Positions 40,931 through 60,921 of a stretch of DNA of 64,000 nucleotides are shown piece by piece. This DNA is from the human T2T-CHM13v2.0 reference genome, Homo sapiens. A program made the translations under genes and the position numbers. The notes below the pieces were generated by a model. The model did not search any database and was not told the DNA's origin. It saw only the letters and a list, made by a program, of their open reading frames with translations. The stretch lies in the NCBI RefSeq assembly GCF_009914755.1, contig NC_060929.1. One strand, 5' to 3'. Within the stretch, counting starts at the first letter, position 1, and each line of letters opens with the position of its first letter.

Positions 40931-41596
40931 CTGCAAGGTGCTGTATCTCCTCCTACACCTCCAGGCCCTGCAGCTCCGGGTCAGTGTCTCCTGTTTCCTC
41001 AGGAGGGCCCAGGGTGGGGAACAGCACATGGAGTTAGGAGTCATGGCTGGAGCTGAAGTCCTGGCTTTTCTTCTTGCCTCTGTGTAACTTCAAGCAAGTT
41101 ATTTATCTTCTCTGAGCCTTAGTGTCTTCATCTAAAAGGTAGGGGTGATCATGGGACCTACTTCAAAACTTGCTGGGAGGAACAAAGAAAATACTGTGAG
41201 TCAATATATCTCTGTGGTTAAAAGAAGAGAATGAAGAAAGCAGCTTCACTCTAGGCTCTGCTAGCTGTGTGATCCTGGAGAAGGTATTTAACCTCCTGGA
41301 GCTTTAGTTTCATCCTCCATGTAATGAAGATAATAAAATACTTGATATACGATTTAAATGAGACAATAAAATGTAAAAGGGCTGAATATAACTGATAATG
41401 ATTGTTCAGTACAGGTTAGCTTCTGTTATCATGCCTAAATGCTTAGTGGGTTGCAAAGCAGGGCAATACTACTGTGATGAAGCTGGTCTTTGGCTCTAAG
41501 GCAAACCAAGTCCCAAGTTACTTTTCAGGACAGGGAGACATCAGTGACATCATGGTCTTGGCACACTGAAGTCCTTAAAGGACTCTGTGCTCTAGG

Positions 41597-41758
41597 ATCT
41601 TGCAACTCAGATGGTCCAGGACCACCAGCATCAGCTGCAGCTTGGTGCGGATCAGAAATGCAGAATCTCGGATCCCACCGCACACCTCCTGAATCAGAAT
41701 TTGCATTTTGACAAGATCCCCAGGTAATTCTTACACACACTCAAGTTTGAGAAGCATT
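41597..41758. mobile_element. MER5A hAT element
   Basis: ggaccaccagcatcagc...agaaatgcagaatctcgg...tgaatcagaatttgcattttgacaagatccccaggtaattc...aagtttgagaagca. Confidence 0.8.
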
Positions 41759-42290
41759 GGTGTCACGTGGAAAGAAAGAATGGCACTGATAACATGGAGT
41801 GAGGAGGGTTAATGTTTAGTTTGGCTGTGGCCAAGGCACCGGAAACAGAAGGTTCCAGAGATTGAAGCACATGAACTGATGGGACAGGAAGGCTCTCTTT
41901 CCTGCCTGTGTCCTGGATGGCCAGGGGCTCCAGCCTGAGACCTGTGCTGAGCTTCGAGCTGCAGTGAGAAAGGACCCTGGTCAAGCAAAGCAGAGGGCAA
42001 TCTGGGACAGAGGGAGGCCTGAGAGCCTCTGCTCGGGGCTGCCTGAGCTCAGGGTTGCCAGATGAGCCCAGGGAGGTCCAGTCCTTGGGCCAAGGCCATC
42101 TGAGGTAGAGTGGGGAGACCCGGAGAAACACCACAGGACTAACTGAGCAGGACCCTCTCACGGGAGCTGCGTGGCAGGTCTGGGACAGCTGAGAGCCCCC
42201 AGGTCCGCTTGCACACCCGGACCTGCCCTCTGACCCCTTCCGCCCAACTCTAGGTGGTGGGGGGCCGAACTCCCGGGCACAGAGCTGTGA

Positions 42291-42461
<171 letters not shown>

Positions 42462-42714
42462 TAGCCGCCAGCAGCCTGCCTGGAGGAGCTCCACTTATGT
42501 AGGACAACAAAACCTCCCTTCACTGACTCAAGAACATGCAGGAACCCTCCGCCCCACCCGCACCCCCAGGGGCTGCCGCAGGAGGAAGGCTAAGCCCTGG
42601 ACACAGCGTCCAATGCATTCCATGCGAGCTCTTGCCCAATGTCCTTGTCCACTGGGGCCCCACCTCCCCACCGACAGCCTTGGCTGTGCTCTTTGTACTC
42701 CTTCACCCCTGCCC

Positions 42715-42840
42715 TCCACACACACACAGAACACACACACTCACATAGAACACACACACCCACATACCCCCCACACTGACCTACAACACACACAGCCCCT
42801 CACACACCCACCACACCTGACACATGACATGCACACACCC
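42715..42840 (+). repeat. Degenerate CA-rich simple repeat
   Basis: Direct reading. Confidence 0.8.
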
Positions 42841-43028
42841 TAGCATACGCCTGACAGCCCCAGTAATCTGTTTCCATACTGGGCTTCTGGACATCCTTTT
42901 ACTTGGAGAAAGAGATCCTCAATAACAGTGTAAAAACTAAAACAAAGTTTGAAAACCAGTGAAATAATTTAGGACTTGAATGCGCTTTGCAAAGTGAGCA
43001 CTGTGTCCCATGTGGGCTAGAAGTATGA

Positions 43029-43181
<153 letters not shown>

Positions 43182-43797
43182 TGACCCTCTCCCAACCTCA
43201 GCTACGGAGCCATCCCTCTTTCCCTGTGTATGCAGAAGGGTCCCCCGACTGGGCTGGGCTTGGCTCTAACATCGCATCATTAAGTCGCTTTGGGCCAGTC
43301 CTTGGCCCCTCTGGGTTCTGCCAGCTCTGAAAGTCTAATCAAAGTCTGCATAGGAATAGGAATTCAGCTCAGAGACTTGAGGAATGGTAGGGATGACCAT
43401 GCAGTCCAAAGAAGGCATGGCACATTAGGGTGTTTCCTCACCGGCCACTCCCAGGTGATTGCCACTTGAGACACTGGGCTGAGCGATGCAGTGGCTCAGC
43501 AGAAATGATAGCTTGCATGGCTGCCACGGGCATGGGAGCAGCTGAGCTGGCTGCATGCAGAGTACCTGCCGTCCTAGCCCTATCCTGAGGGAAGACAGCT
43601 CTGTTCAACACAGAAAGAAAGCTACAGGCCTTGGTGAGAGAGTTTTGGGGACTCATAGACTTAGGGAGCACACTGTGCCTTTATAGCATAACCCTCAAAG
43701 ATTTCCAAAGTACCAAAACAAGTATGATTTTATTTGATCCTCTCTACAATCCTGGAAAACAGACAAGGCAGGCATCATTGCCACCACGTACAGATGA

Positions 43798-44181
<384 letters not shown>

Positions 44182-45079
44182 TGAGGGCACAGGCAGCACC
44201 ATGTGAACATTTCAATGGCCCGTGATGTGCTCGCTGTGTGTTTTTTTTCTTATTTATTTTTATTTTTATTCTTTATTTTGCCACCTTCCTGACTGGGAAG
44301 TCACAGTGTTTGTGCTGAGCAGGGAGAATGTGGTGAACTTACCTGTGCCCTCAGGCCCGAAGGACGTCACCAGCCCAACTTCCGATTGCATAACATAAGC
44401 CAGGCTATGGAAAAAGCTCTGGACCAGGAGTTGGGTGACCTCTGCCCACCCCCATGACTCTGCTGTGTAGCCTTAGGCGAGTCGCTTCTCTTCTCTGAGC
44501 CTGAGTTTGTCACCTACAGAATGAAAGACTGGACCAGATATAGGATGCGCAACCTTGGGGCCATGGAATTAGAGCAAGGGGCTCATAATCACAACAAGCT
44601 TTGTCTGTCAACTGCATAATTCATTGTCATCATCACCAGCAACAGTACCAGTCACTAGCAACTTACTATGTCCTTTACATGCTGACAGCAACTGAATGAG
44701 GCTGGCACAATTGTTATCCCCATTTTACAGATGAGGAAACTGAGGCTCAGAGAGAATGAGTGATATGACCCATGTCCCACAACTCACACGTGGCAGAACT
44801 TAGCTGTAAAGCCACGGTTCCCCTGGCCCAGTGGCTCAGCACTCAGCTGCGGGTGGTCCTGCCTCACTAAAGAACAGGCCTCACGCTTCCTTGTCCTACT
44901 GCACCTCGTGTGTGTGTAGACGTGGTTACAGAGTAGTGCAGAACTCACAGTAGCTTCTGGTAATTCTGCATGTGCTCAGTAAAAAGTATGACTACTACTG
45001 TTTGGCAGTCCACAAAACTTGCAGACATTCCAGGGGAACCCTGATGATTAAAAAAATTGGGGTAAGAATCACTGGATAA

Positions 45080-45475
<396 letters not shown>

Positions 45476-46669
45476 TAGGAGAAGCTACCCTGGGCACCTG
45501 GCCTCTTCGGTGACAGCCTGGGTGGACCAATATGTGGGGCCCCAGGGGCTGGGGGCTTAGGTTCTAGTCCCAGATCTGTGTGGCCTTGGAAAATCCCCTT
45601 GCCCTCTGGATCTCTGTTCTTCCACCCTTAAAACAAGAAAGAGGAAGCAGACGCACCATGTCAGTGTGCTAGGAGGCAGCTACACAGATGACCACCACTA
45701 TACTGTTCCCCCTACTAAAACTGCTAACCCAAGTGCTCCTCTTGAGTGGGTGGTGAAATTGTTTCAGTAGAATGACCTCCTATAGGTGGGTTAGGTTATC
45801 GAGTCAATGCGTAAAATAAAAAGCACGTGGTCTAAACCAGAGGCTGTCAGAGTAGAGTGGGGGTACCCAGGGGTTCATAACATGATGTAGGCAGAAATAT
45901 CAGAAGCTTTACTTCTATTTAATTCAACATATCTTTTAATAAATTCCATGTGAATGTTTTGTAGCATTTATAATCTGATAATAGCATATTTGTAAAAAAA
46001 AGTTTATATATACATATATAACATAGAAAAATAAACATAAATATATGTATATATTTTTACTAGTAGGTGGGTGCAGTAAAATAATTTAGTGGGCACTGGT
46101 ACAAGTTACCATTGAAAATCCCTTAAACTGGCCATAAAGGAGAGTCTTTGGTCTTTTCATCGGCTTCCTCCAGCATTGCAACACATGGACGTTCTTTTGA
46201 ATGAAGAGATCAGATGAAGTCACTTGTTTGGGTAAAAGGACTTAACGTTACATATAAGAAACTACATCCTAATGTTTGGATGGCTCAGCATGAGTAGTTG
46301 AATTTGTATAAGATAATGTTTGTGTGATGCTGCTCTGTCATTCAGTAGCACAGTGGAATGCTCTCCAACCACCAAAAAATAATCAAATTTCTAAAATGAA
46401 TTCTGATCAGCAAAGACAGATCGGTTTTATTATGTCATTGAAAATGTCAAACACAAAATACTGCATACAACAATTCCATTTGTTTTTTTAAATAGGGTGT
46501 ACACAAACACACACACACACATGCATCCGTTTTAACAATTTTTCAAGGATATGCAAGGAACTATTAACAGGATTTTCCTGCGGGAAATTAATAGAAATAT
46601 GGGTGAAGGGAACGTATTTTTTTCATTCATACTCTTTTCTATTACTGTTTGTGCTTTTTACCATGGGTG

Positions 46670-47125
46670 AATTTTTTTATTGTGGTAAAATACACGTAAG
46701 ATTAACCATTTCCACCATTTCAAGCTGTCCAGCAAGTGGCATTTAGTACATTCAGTACATTCACAGTATTTGCAGCCATCACAACTATCTAGTCCCCAAA
46801 CATTGTCATCACCCCAGAAGGAAGCCCATACCACTAAGCAGTCACTCCCCATTCCCCACCCCAGCCCCTGCTAACCACCAATTCACTTTCTGTCCATATG
46901 GATTTGCCTATTCTGGACATTTCACATAAATGGAGTCATATAATTTGTGGCCTTTTGTGTCTGGCTTCTTTCACTTAGCATGTTTTCTAGGTTCATCCAT
47001 GTCGTAGCATGCCTCAGAACTTCTTTCCTTTCTATGGCTGAACACTATCCCACCATACGGATAGACCACATTGTGCTTATCCATTCCTCAGCTGATGGAC
47101 CTTGGGCTGATTGCACCTTTTGGCT
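46670..47125 (-). mobile_element. L1MB-type LINE 3' end, antisense
   Basis: ttttattgtggtaaaatacac...ggcatttagtacattc...ggatttgcctattctggacatttcacataaatggagtcata...ggttcatccatgtcgtagcatg. Confidence 0.85.
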
Positions 47126-48699
47126 ATGGTGCTTGGATCAGGTAATCCACAGCCCTCTTCAGCCTTGATAGTCTCAGGTTCTGTGTTATCGCAAACAGCT
47201 GTGGGGGTGTGAAACAGGCAACTTTATTTTATACACTCAAGGACAGGGAACAAAGTGCTGCTGGGCCTTGAATCCCAGGTCAAGCCTATTGGCTATATGG
47301 GGCTCCTTCACCTCCCCAGGGAACTCACTTCCCTCTCAGACAGGGCAGAGAAGACACCTCCCAGAAGCAGCTGGAATCCTGGGGCAGAAGGAAAGGGAGG
47401 GCTTCAGGAAGGGCCAGGAACCTTGTGCAGGGAGAGCACGCCAAGCCCATCAGGGAGTATCCTTCCTCTCGCTCACAGCGTCCAGCCCTGCCAGGTGTCT
47501 GAGTACTGTGTCCCCACGCCCCCTCACCCTTCCCTACTTCACACCTGACCCCCCCGTTCACCTCCCAGGAGATGTCCAGCGTCTGAGGCCTCAGGGTGCC
47601 TGCTGGAAAGGCGGGCTCCGAGCCTCACTTGGGAGATAGAACTGGGTGTCCCAGTCACTGGGAATGTCAGTGCTGCCGTCTTCAGGAAACAGATGCACAG
47701 GAGGGGCTAGGAGCCCAGAGCAGCATTCTGAAGAGCAGTGTGCTGTGAGAGTGAGTTGGACTGGGTGAAGGAAGGCTTCCTGGAGGGGGGATGTGCACCA
47801 TCCCCTGAGCTGGCACCCTCAGTTCTGATCCAGGCTCTGTCACCAGCAAACTGTGTGTGGCTTGCTTCCTTGTCTACAAAATGGGGCTGATATCTACCTC
47901 CCTGCCTTGTGGGAATCAAAGGAGACAATCACAGTAATAACAGCTGGCACTTGTTTAGCACATTGTGTGTGCCAGGCGCTGTCCTAAGAATTGACGTGCA
48001 TTGTATCACTAAGCCAAGGTGGGAATTGCTCATGTCACTTTCCAGATCAAGAATCTGAAATACAGAGAGGCTTTTCTTTTTGAGGTCACTCAGTAAATGA
48101 TAGAGATAGGATTTGAACTCAACTCTGATTGATCCCAAAGCACATGCTCTTAACCATCTGAGCTTCAAAGTATGTTCCAGGGACTGCCTGCATCAAAATA
48201 ACCTTTTAAAAACATCATTGAATAAATTTTTCCCAACTCATTGGAGTCCAGTACATTTTCTATTTTTATGGATGTTTAGAATTTTCCTATTAAATAGTCA
48301 TTTTTTAATGCAGATTCCTCAGCCCAGCCCACTCCAATGAACCAGAATCTCTGGAGATACAGCCCAGGGGTCTGCATTTTCAGACAACTCCCAGGTGATT
48401 CTGATACAGAATACAGTTTGAGACATCCCACTAACCCCAGCACTGCACCGTACTACCTCCCAGCTCCAAATGGGAAGGTGTTGTGAAAATCTGCACAGGT
48501 AGTTGTAGTCACTATTATGCACGATATTATTATCTCCTCTAGTCCAATTCTTTCTTTGCAGTCCCAGAGGTTTAGAAGGAAGTAAGAGGAAGGGCTGAGG
48601 TGGAAAAAGATGAGAAGGCAGAGCAGGGAGGGAGGTCTCAGCCCAAGCAACTGGTACATTGCTCCCTGCAGTGCAAAAATCAGAGCTGCGACCAACACA

Positions 48700-48700
<1 letters not shown>

Positions 48701-48736
<36 letters not shown>
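48701..48736 (+). repeat. (CA)18 microsatellite
   Basis: Direct reading. Confidence 0.95.
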
Positions 48737-48738
<2 letters not shown>

Positions 48739-49111
48739 ATGCACACATGCAACGCTCTGGGGTCATTGAGGAGGAGCTGACCACTCACTGCCTGAGAAAG
48801 TCAGAGGAAAGATCTTTGATCTGGGTCTTGATGGATGAGAAGTCCTCTGGTAGAAGACAGAGAGCACAGGGAACAGCATGAATACAGGCCGGGAGATATG
48901 ACAGCCTGGCAGGGCAGTTTCTGGTGACAGGAGCAGAGGGACTGTGGAGAGCTAGAACAGATGAGATGCAGAGAGGAGGCCTCACACCCTGGCCTGAGCT
49001 GCTCAGAGTGCCTGCTGTCTCTTCCCTGAGGTGGAGCAGGGGTGTCAGGGTCTCCCCCAGTCCTGGCCCCTGGAGTCTGCCTGCATTTCTCCAAAGTGCA
49101 GCTCTTTCTGA

Positions 49112-49294
<183 letters not shown>

Positions 49295-49780
49295 TAGCAT
49301 GGGTGTGCCCACCAGCCCCTCACCCAGACCATGGTCACTAGAGAGGCCCCAACACCCTTGTTTTGGGTGACCCCAGCACTCAGTGGAAAGACCGCTGGAA
49401 TGGGAGTCAGAAGGCCTGGATCTAACCCTTTCCCTGACTTTTGATAACTGATCTTAGGTGAGTAATTTCTTTTCGCTGAGCCTCAAGTTTCCTTATCTAT
49501 AAAATGGAGATTTGCTGGGTTATTGCTGAAAATAACGAGAGACAACAGATGTCAAGATGAAGGGGTATGACAATAGCATAAATTTATTGAGCATTTATTG
49601 GGTGCCAAACACTTGGCTAAACACTGTCCATGCATTGGTCTTCAAATAGCCGGCTGAAGTGGGTACTGTCATTTATTATGATCATTTTACTGATGAGGAC
49701 ACTGAAGCTCTGAGAAGGGAAGTAACCAAGATCGCAAAGCAAGGGATAAATCAGTACAACAAAGTGCAAAAGTAGGGGCC

Positions 49781-50068
49781 AGCCAGGTGTGGTGGCTCAC
49801 ACCTGTAATCCCAGCACTTTGGGAGGCCAAGGCAGGTGGACCCCCTGAGGTCAGGAGTTGGAGACCAGCCTGGCGAACATGGTGAAACCCCATCTCTACT
49901 AAAAATACAAAAATTATCCAGGTGTGGTGGTGGGTGCCTATAATCTCAGCTACTTGGGAGGCTGAGACAGGAGAATCGCTTGAATTCGGGAGGTAGAGGT
50001 TGCAGCGAGCCGAGATCACGCCACTGTACTCCAGCCTGGGTGACAGAGCGAGATTCCGTCTCCAAAAA
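49781..50068 (+). mobile_element. Full-length AluS
   Basis: TSD aaaagtaggggcc at 49768-49780 and 50069-50081. Confidence 0.95.
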
Positions 50069-50162
50069 AAAAGTAGGGGCCTTAGTCATTACCAGTGTCA
50101 TGCCTAATGCCCATGCCTTCCTAGCCTCAGTCCCCAGTGCAGGGATCGCTGCAGAGGGGTGA

Positions 50163-50531
<369 letters not shown>

Positions 50532-50604
50532 TGACTGTGTGCACAGAAGCTCAAAGGCCCCATGCTCCCAAGATCAGGACTTTCCCCACTGGAGCAGAAT
50601 TTAA

Positions 50605-50627
50605 ACACACACACACACACCCTGTGC

Positions 50628-50689
<62 letters not shown>
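50605..50689 (+). repeat. Compound microsatellite: (AC)8 and a long (CT)n
   Basis: Direct reading. Confidence 0.95.
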
Positions 50690-50693
<4 letters not shown>

Positions 50694-50705
50694 TTTAAAG
50701 ACCTG

Positions 50706-51099
<394 letters not shown>

Positions 51100-51409
51100 T
51101 TATAAAACTAGAGAAAAACAAATGAAAAGTGATTTTTAAAAAACTATTGACCAAACATCAATAATTTCCTTGACCAAGAGATAACCACTATTGTAATAGC
51201 TTTAGTGTACACATTTCCACCCTCATTTCCTTACATCTGTCTTTTATAAAACGAATCCCCTACAAAACTCAATCGTTCTATTACTTGCTTTTTTTAAGAA
51301 GGATTTTTTTATATTTACCATCTCTCATCCTATCATTTCATAAAAGAAAGAGCACCTTTAATTACAAAGTAAGAGGATAAACATAATTTCAGAAAAAGAA
51401 TAGCTTCTC

Positions 51410-52375
<966 letters not shown>

Positions 52376-52766
52376 GTGAGAATCATTATTCGTAAACTAT
52401 TGACTTCCCAAGGCCAACCCTCCATCGCTGTTAGAATTGTCTCCCAAATTCCTGCCAGATAGATTTTTAACTGGCTTCCTCCCGAGCCAGCCCATTTCTT
52501 CTCTGGTTCTTTAGGCTAACCTGGTCTTCCTAGGATTGTGCTACATTCTGCCTCTTCCTAAATAGGTAGTTATGACTGAAAATTGCCCAAAGATGCCTCC
52601 TCCCAGGCTTCTCTTCCAGGGTGAACAGCCTGGACCCTTCAGCTATCCTCACACAGTGCCCATGGCTAGGCTGGGTGGGGGAGGTCTCTAAAGGGAGGTC
52701 GGGCTTCCCCCGAGCCTTTGTGTGAGGATGTCTCCCTCCTCTACCCTCTACTTCAGAAGATCCTGA

Positions 52767-53033
<267 letters not shown>

Positions 53034-54715
53034 TAGAGCTGGCTCCTGTCCCTGGAAGAGCCTCTTGCTCAGTGCCTGAGCCCAAGTGCCCTCTGCGTGG
53101 CTAGGGCTTATGTATGGAAATGGGCCTCGGATATCTCCAAGAGGCAGACTTCATGCTGGAGACCTGTGTCCCTTCTGGTTATTTGAATTCCCTTTCCAAA
53201 TCCTTACTGTGGGCTTATTCAGCCTGCACTTGTATACCTCCTGGAACTGGAGGCTTAGTATGTACAAAGGAAGCTGATTTCATCATTAGACCAGTGAATT
53301 CTTAAAACAACAACAACAAAGGAAAAATCCTTCCTTGCCTTGAAACGTACATCCTTATAATGACCACCCATGGGCCAGTTTCTGCCTCTGCAGCTACACA
53401 GAACAATGAGAGTCACCACAAAATGAGCACTTACTTTGTACCATGCATTGTGCCAAGAGCTTTACATACGTGACCTCATTTCTGCTTGAAAATGGGACAA
53501 AATATTATTGTTCCCATTTCGCAGATGAGGAAACTAAGACACAGCTTTGAGAACTTATGTGACTTGCCAAACGTCACACAACCAAAGTGGTGGGAGCCAG
53601 AATTTGAAGCTAAGTAGTAAATCTACTCCAAAGGCCATAGGCAGGATGACATAGTGATGACATGGGAGAGGGGACTTTGTGGCACCCATACTGGAGTGCA
53701 AGCCCCAGGCCTAAAGGGCACTTACTGGCTGTGTGACCTTCTGCAAATGACTTTGACCCTCTGTGCCTGTTTTTTTCATCTGTGAAATGGTCCTTGGAAG
53801 GATTCTGGAGAGCACTTGGCACAGCGCCTGCCAGGCAGTGAGTGTGTGGTAACTGTCAGTAACTACTGTTGTGATGACTGCGATGCCCCACCCCCCATTC
53901 CTTTACAGCAGACCTCATCCTTGCACCGCCTCTACTTCACTCTGACACCATCCTTTCCTCCTCTGATCTTCCTGCTGGAACAATGAAACCAAACACCTCC
54001 CTCTCTACCCAGCCCCTTCCTTCCTGTGATAACCAGCCCCCATGATGGAACATTTGGTGTTTCTCATTACCCCTTTGTCTCAGGAGGGAAAGAAGGGAGA
54101 GAACCTGCCTGTTGGGGGAGCCTGTACCCTCCACGAGCTGGTTGGGTCGGCAGACGAATCCCTAGACTGGAGTTAAAAGAGACTTGCCTTGACATTGATC
54201 CTGGGCGGCCGTTAGCCCAGAGGTTAACAGTGGGCAGCTGAACTGCCTGCATTTAGTTTCTGGCTCTGCTGCCACCTAACAGGTGGCTTCCCCTCTGCGA
54301 GGCTCATCATCTTAAGCTGTAACTCAGGGCTTACAAGGCTGGTGGGGGATAAAATGGGATAATCCACAGAAAGCCACCAATTAGGTGAGCAACAAATGGT
54401 AGCTGTGATTATTCCCTGATCTCATGCTTATTGCTGTGTGGCCTTGGCAAGTGAGCGGATGCCTTTAGGAGATGGAGGTGATAACTCCAGCTACCCTACA
54501 GGTTGCTGTAAAGGTGCACATGGTCACAGAAGCAGGTCCCTCATGCTTGTGAGGCTTTATGGTTCCCATCACTCTTCGCATCCATGGTCACACTGTCCTC
54601 AGGCAACCCAAGGAGGGAAGCAGAGGACTAGTATATTCCCATGTTGCAGATGTGGACACTGAGGCCCAGAGCAGGGAAGTGGCTCTTCCAAGACCACACA
54701 ACTAATTAGCAATAA

Positions 54716-55147
<432 letters not shown>

Positions 55148-55354
55148 TAGGTGCCCAGCACAGAGCTGGCACAACAGTAGGTGCTTAATAAATGTCTCCT
55201 GAATTCATGAATGCATGAACAAACGAGTGCTTATGCCCAAAGTGCAGTACAAGCCAGAGGAGGGAGTGATGCACCCTGCCAGGACAGGAGGAGGTCACAT
55301 TGCAATTGTGCCATGAAAAATAAGTTGAAATTTGTCAATTAGAAAAAGAGGGTG

Positions 55355-55970
<616 letters not shown>

Positions 55971-58628
55971 AAAGAGAAGGAGCGTGCCTGTTTGGAACAT
56001 GAGAGAAGCAGTCATTAGCCAGTTGGTCAGGCTGTTAGCAAATATGTCCCAGTACCTACACATTGCCAGGTATTGTGGGTAACAAAGGGCCTCAGACCCA
56101 AGTCCTCCCCTTAAGGAGATTACAGTCAAGGGGAAGGGTTAAGACCCACAGACATGGGCCTTGCACGATGTAATCGAGGCTAGTATTTATAGACTGTGAC
56201 TGCATGCCCTGCAGTGTACTAAATGCTTTATGTGTATTAACTGAGGTGATTTTCATAACAACTCTTTGGGTAGGTACATTTTCAGAGGAGAAAGCTGAGA
56301 CACAGATTTGCCCAAGGTCACATAGTAAATAAGAACCGTAGCCAGGATTTGAACCCAGACAGTCTAGTTCTTGATGACCATGCTGCCCCTCCTCTCAAGG
56401 CCAGGATCCTGAGCACCTGCTTGACACATATCCGGGGCACCCCAGGAACTGTGCTAGCCACTGAAATGCAGTCCAAACACAAACAGGTGCAAGCCCTGCC
56501 CTCACAGCATTTCCAGCTCAGTAAGAAGCAGACATGAATCAAATAGTCACACGGACTTATAAATGCCAAGCTGTGTAAGTGCTAGAAGGGAAAAGTACCA
56601 GGTACCCTGGGCCCCTGCCTCTGCCTCAGCACCCCAGGAAGGCTTCTCTGAGGAAGTGACATTTCAGATGAAGATGAAAAATTAGCAGGGAAGAGGAAGG
56701 AAAAGGCATTGTAAGCAGAGGGAAAAGGTGCAGGAGCAGGAAGAAGCATGGAACTGAAAACGGCCAGTATGGCTAAGCTCAGAGAGAAAGGAGAGCCCAC
56801 CAGCCTATTAGAGTATCCCAGAAAGCTACAGTGAGTGGAACAGGGGCCCACGCTGGCTGGAGGGGCAAGAAGGATGAGGGAAGACGGGCACCTATGTTGA
56901 GCCTTAAGGCATAGGCAAGATTTCACTGAGGCAGAGGTGGGCCAAGGGGAGGGAACAGAAGCAAAGGTATGGGATGAGGCAGAGTCACCAGGAGTGGAAG
57001 ATGGGTACTCATGTGCCCAGGTGGATGCAGGAGGAGAAGCTCAACCCTATCCTCACTTAGCCTTTGCCATTGGTGAGGCCGGAGGGAAAGCAGCGTTGAC
57101 AGTGTCAGTGTGTGTGAGTGTGTGTGTGTGCACGCACTTGCCAGCACATGCTGAGGTGCAGTTTGAAAGATGTGTAGAGGGGAAGAAGAAGCAAGCTTGC
57201 AGAGTTGAGCTTTCCTGTGGCTGAGCATCCACAGGGAGGGTAACTAGAATGTTGGGGGTGGTATTTTGGGTGGAGAGTGAGGGTGAGGATGTGATATTGG
57301 TGGGTCTGTTCTCCATAGAATCATGTGATTGCAGTGTCACCATCGAGTTCTTTCCAAAGTGCTCATATTACCTCTTTGTATTTGCTCTATCTGATGAAAA
57401 ACTTACCATCTGTACACCATTGCAGAACACATAGAGCCATAACTTCTGTTTCACCATTTGAAGAGGTGATTCTTTATTCTTGACAGTTCTGTCCCCTTTC
57501 TGACAGCTGTCATGTTTCCAGCCCTTTGGAAACTGAGAGGTGCACATGATCTCCTGTCCTCTCCGTCCCCCGGTGCTATGCTTATGGTGAAGCATAAGCT
57601 GAGCCTGGTTTGAGAGGATCTTGGCAGGAAAGGCTTTGGGGCCTCAGAGCTCTGTAATTCCACCTTCTTAAGTGGGTGGATGTCATTTAATCCTGGCCCA
57701 AGTGTGGCTGGCACAGTTCAGCTTCTTGAAGAAAGATGGCAGCACATCACACAGGTGTTAGAAATGATACAGTCCATGGGCCTTCACTTGAGCTGGCTCC
57801 GTCACAGCAGCCCTCTGAAGTGGGTGGAATTCAAGTGAAAAAACCCAGCCTTGGGGAGACAGAAGGACTTTCCCACATTCCCACAGCTAATAAGTGGTAA
57901 GAGAGTCATCATTGCTTCCACTCTACATCCCGTGGTACCTAATAGACACTTAATGGACCTTGTATGAATGAATCGATGAATGGTCTAGAGTTGGTGTCAT
58001 GAGTAAAACTAATTTGGGCTGGCAATGAAATTGTTGACATGTTGTGTGTGGGTGTGTGGGTGTGTGTCCCCTTCCCATCCTCTCCTCCGAGTTAGGATCA
58101 TAATGGACTCCTGCTGGTCACCAGGTCCCGCCATGACTGTTTTGAAAATGTCTGCCAGCTCATCTCTTTTTCTCCATCCTCACTGTCATCTTGGTTCATG
58201 CTCTTGTCGAGTCTCATCATGACCAGGATGACATTCTTTTAAGTGGCTCTTCTGCTTCCAGTCTTGTCTGCTTTTGTCTGTCCCCACAATGCCACTGGAA
58301 GTAACTTCCTAAACCAATTTGGATTACATGAGTGTTCCACTTAAATACTTTCCCAGCTCCCTGTCACCTGCCAAATACAGTCCAAATTCCTAAGACATTC
58401 ATTTCAAAGTGTTATAATTAATTGCCTCCCTCCCCAAATGGACTGTGAATTGCCCAAAGACACAACCATATCTAAGTCATGGTTGTCTTTTCAATACCTG
58501 GTATGGTATGAGGCACAGGATAGTTGCTGACAAACATTTGTTAGCTAATTATCATGTGCTGGGGGAGTTGGAGGGAGATTGAACCAATAAAGGGAAATTT
58601 GGGTACTTCTGAATGTGCCCTCTGATGA

Positions 58629-58841
<213 letters not shown>

Positions 58842-58966
58842 TAGACCTGGGTAAGGTGACCTGGCCTGCCATCCCTGGAGCTGCAGGCCCATCCTGTATG
58901 CAGGCTGAAAAGGCCACAAGGAAGACTAAGGATGGGTGGGACTCAGGGCTCCCTCCACTCCCCTGA

Positions 58967-59269
<303 letters not shown>

Positions 59270-59714
59270 TAAGCCCCACTCCATTAACACTCTAGGCCTT
59301 CCCATCACTTTCCTTCCCAGAGGCCCTGACACTCAACGAAAGGAAAAGCCAGCTGACCACTGTATTTCTATGCTCCCTGTGACCGTAGCCCAAATCACTG
59401 CCCATCCCTGGGCCTCAGTTTCTCAGTTTCCTCCACGATAACAAGACAGGGGTATCTTATTTTCCAGCATAGAACGTGCCAGGTTTATAAGTAACAACCC
59501 ATATTATAGGGAAATTTATTGGAGAAAAATATTTAGGTACTTTTTATTAAAAATGCATTCAATGTGAATTAAAGGTGATTTGAAGGTGAAAACATTATTT
59601 TGCTCATGTAAATGTAGCGTTCCATGTACTGGAATCCAGTTTTTAAAAATCGTATATTTTGGATATGCAGTAATATTCTAACCCTGAAAAAAATATTATA
59701 AAAGTACATGGCAA

Positions 59715-60125
<411 letters not shown>

Positions 60126-60433
60126 TCATTAGCTACACAGCAGCTGTGCCTTGGTCAATTTTAAGATTATGTGGGTGAGACATTTTTGTTCCCACATGCT
60201 GCCACTGGGTGTCAGCATCATCCATTCTTTTCCATCTTTCAGTAACAGTTTTGATTTGGGGAGAAAAGGCAAAAGAGTTGTGTTTTTTATACACCATATG
60301 CAGTAGTTCCTGCCCTTTTCATCAAGGTTGGTGTGGCCCAAAGGCTGTGCAGAGATGTAGGAATGCCATTATCAGTCCATGTTTCACAGCTAAGAAACAA
60401 ACTCAGAGAAATGCACACCCAAGGTCACCCTGA

Positions 60434-60823
<390 letters not shown>

Positions 60824-60921
60824 TGAGTGTCATGTTTTTGTTTGGGGGAGCCCTTGCTACTGACACCATGGGGACTGAAGGGGAAGGAAAGCAAGCCTCA
60901 CTCCTGTCAGGTGACCCAAGT

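Noticed and set aside
50598-50699. AATTTAAA on both sides of the compound microsatellite, like a TSD
   Set aside because: 8-mer of only A/T that overlaps the TSD of the neighbouring Alu; chance is sufficient
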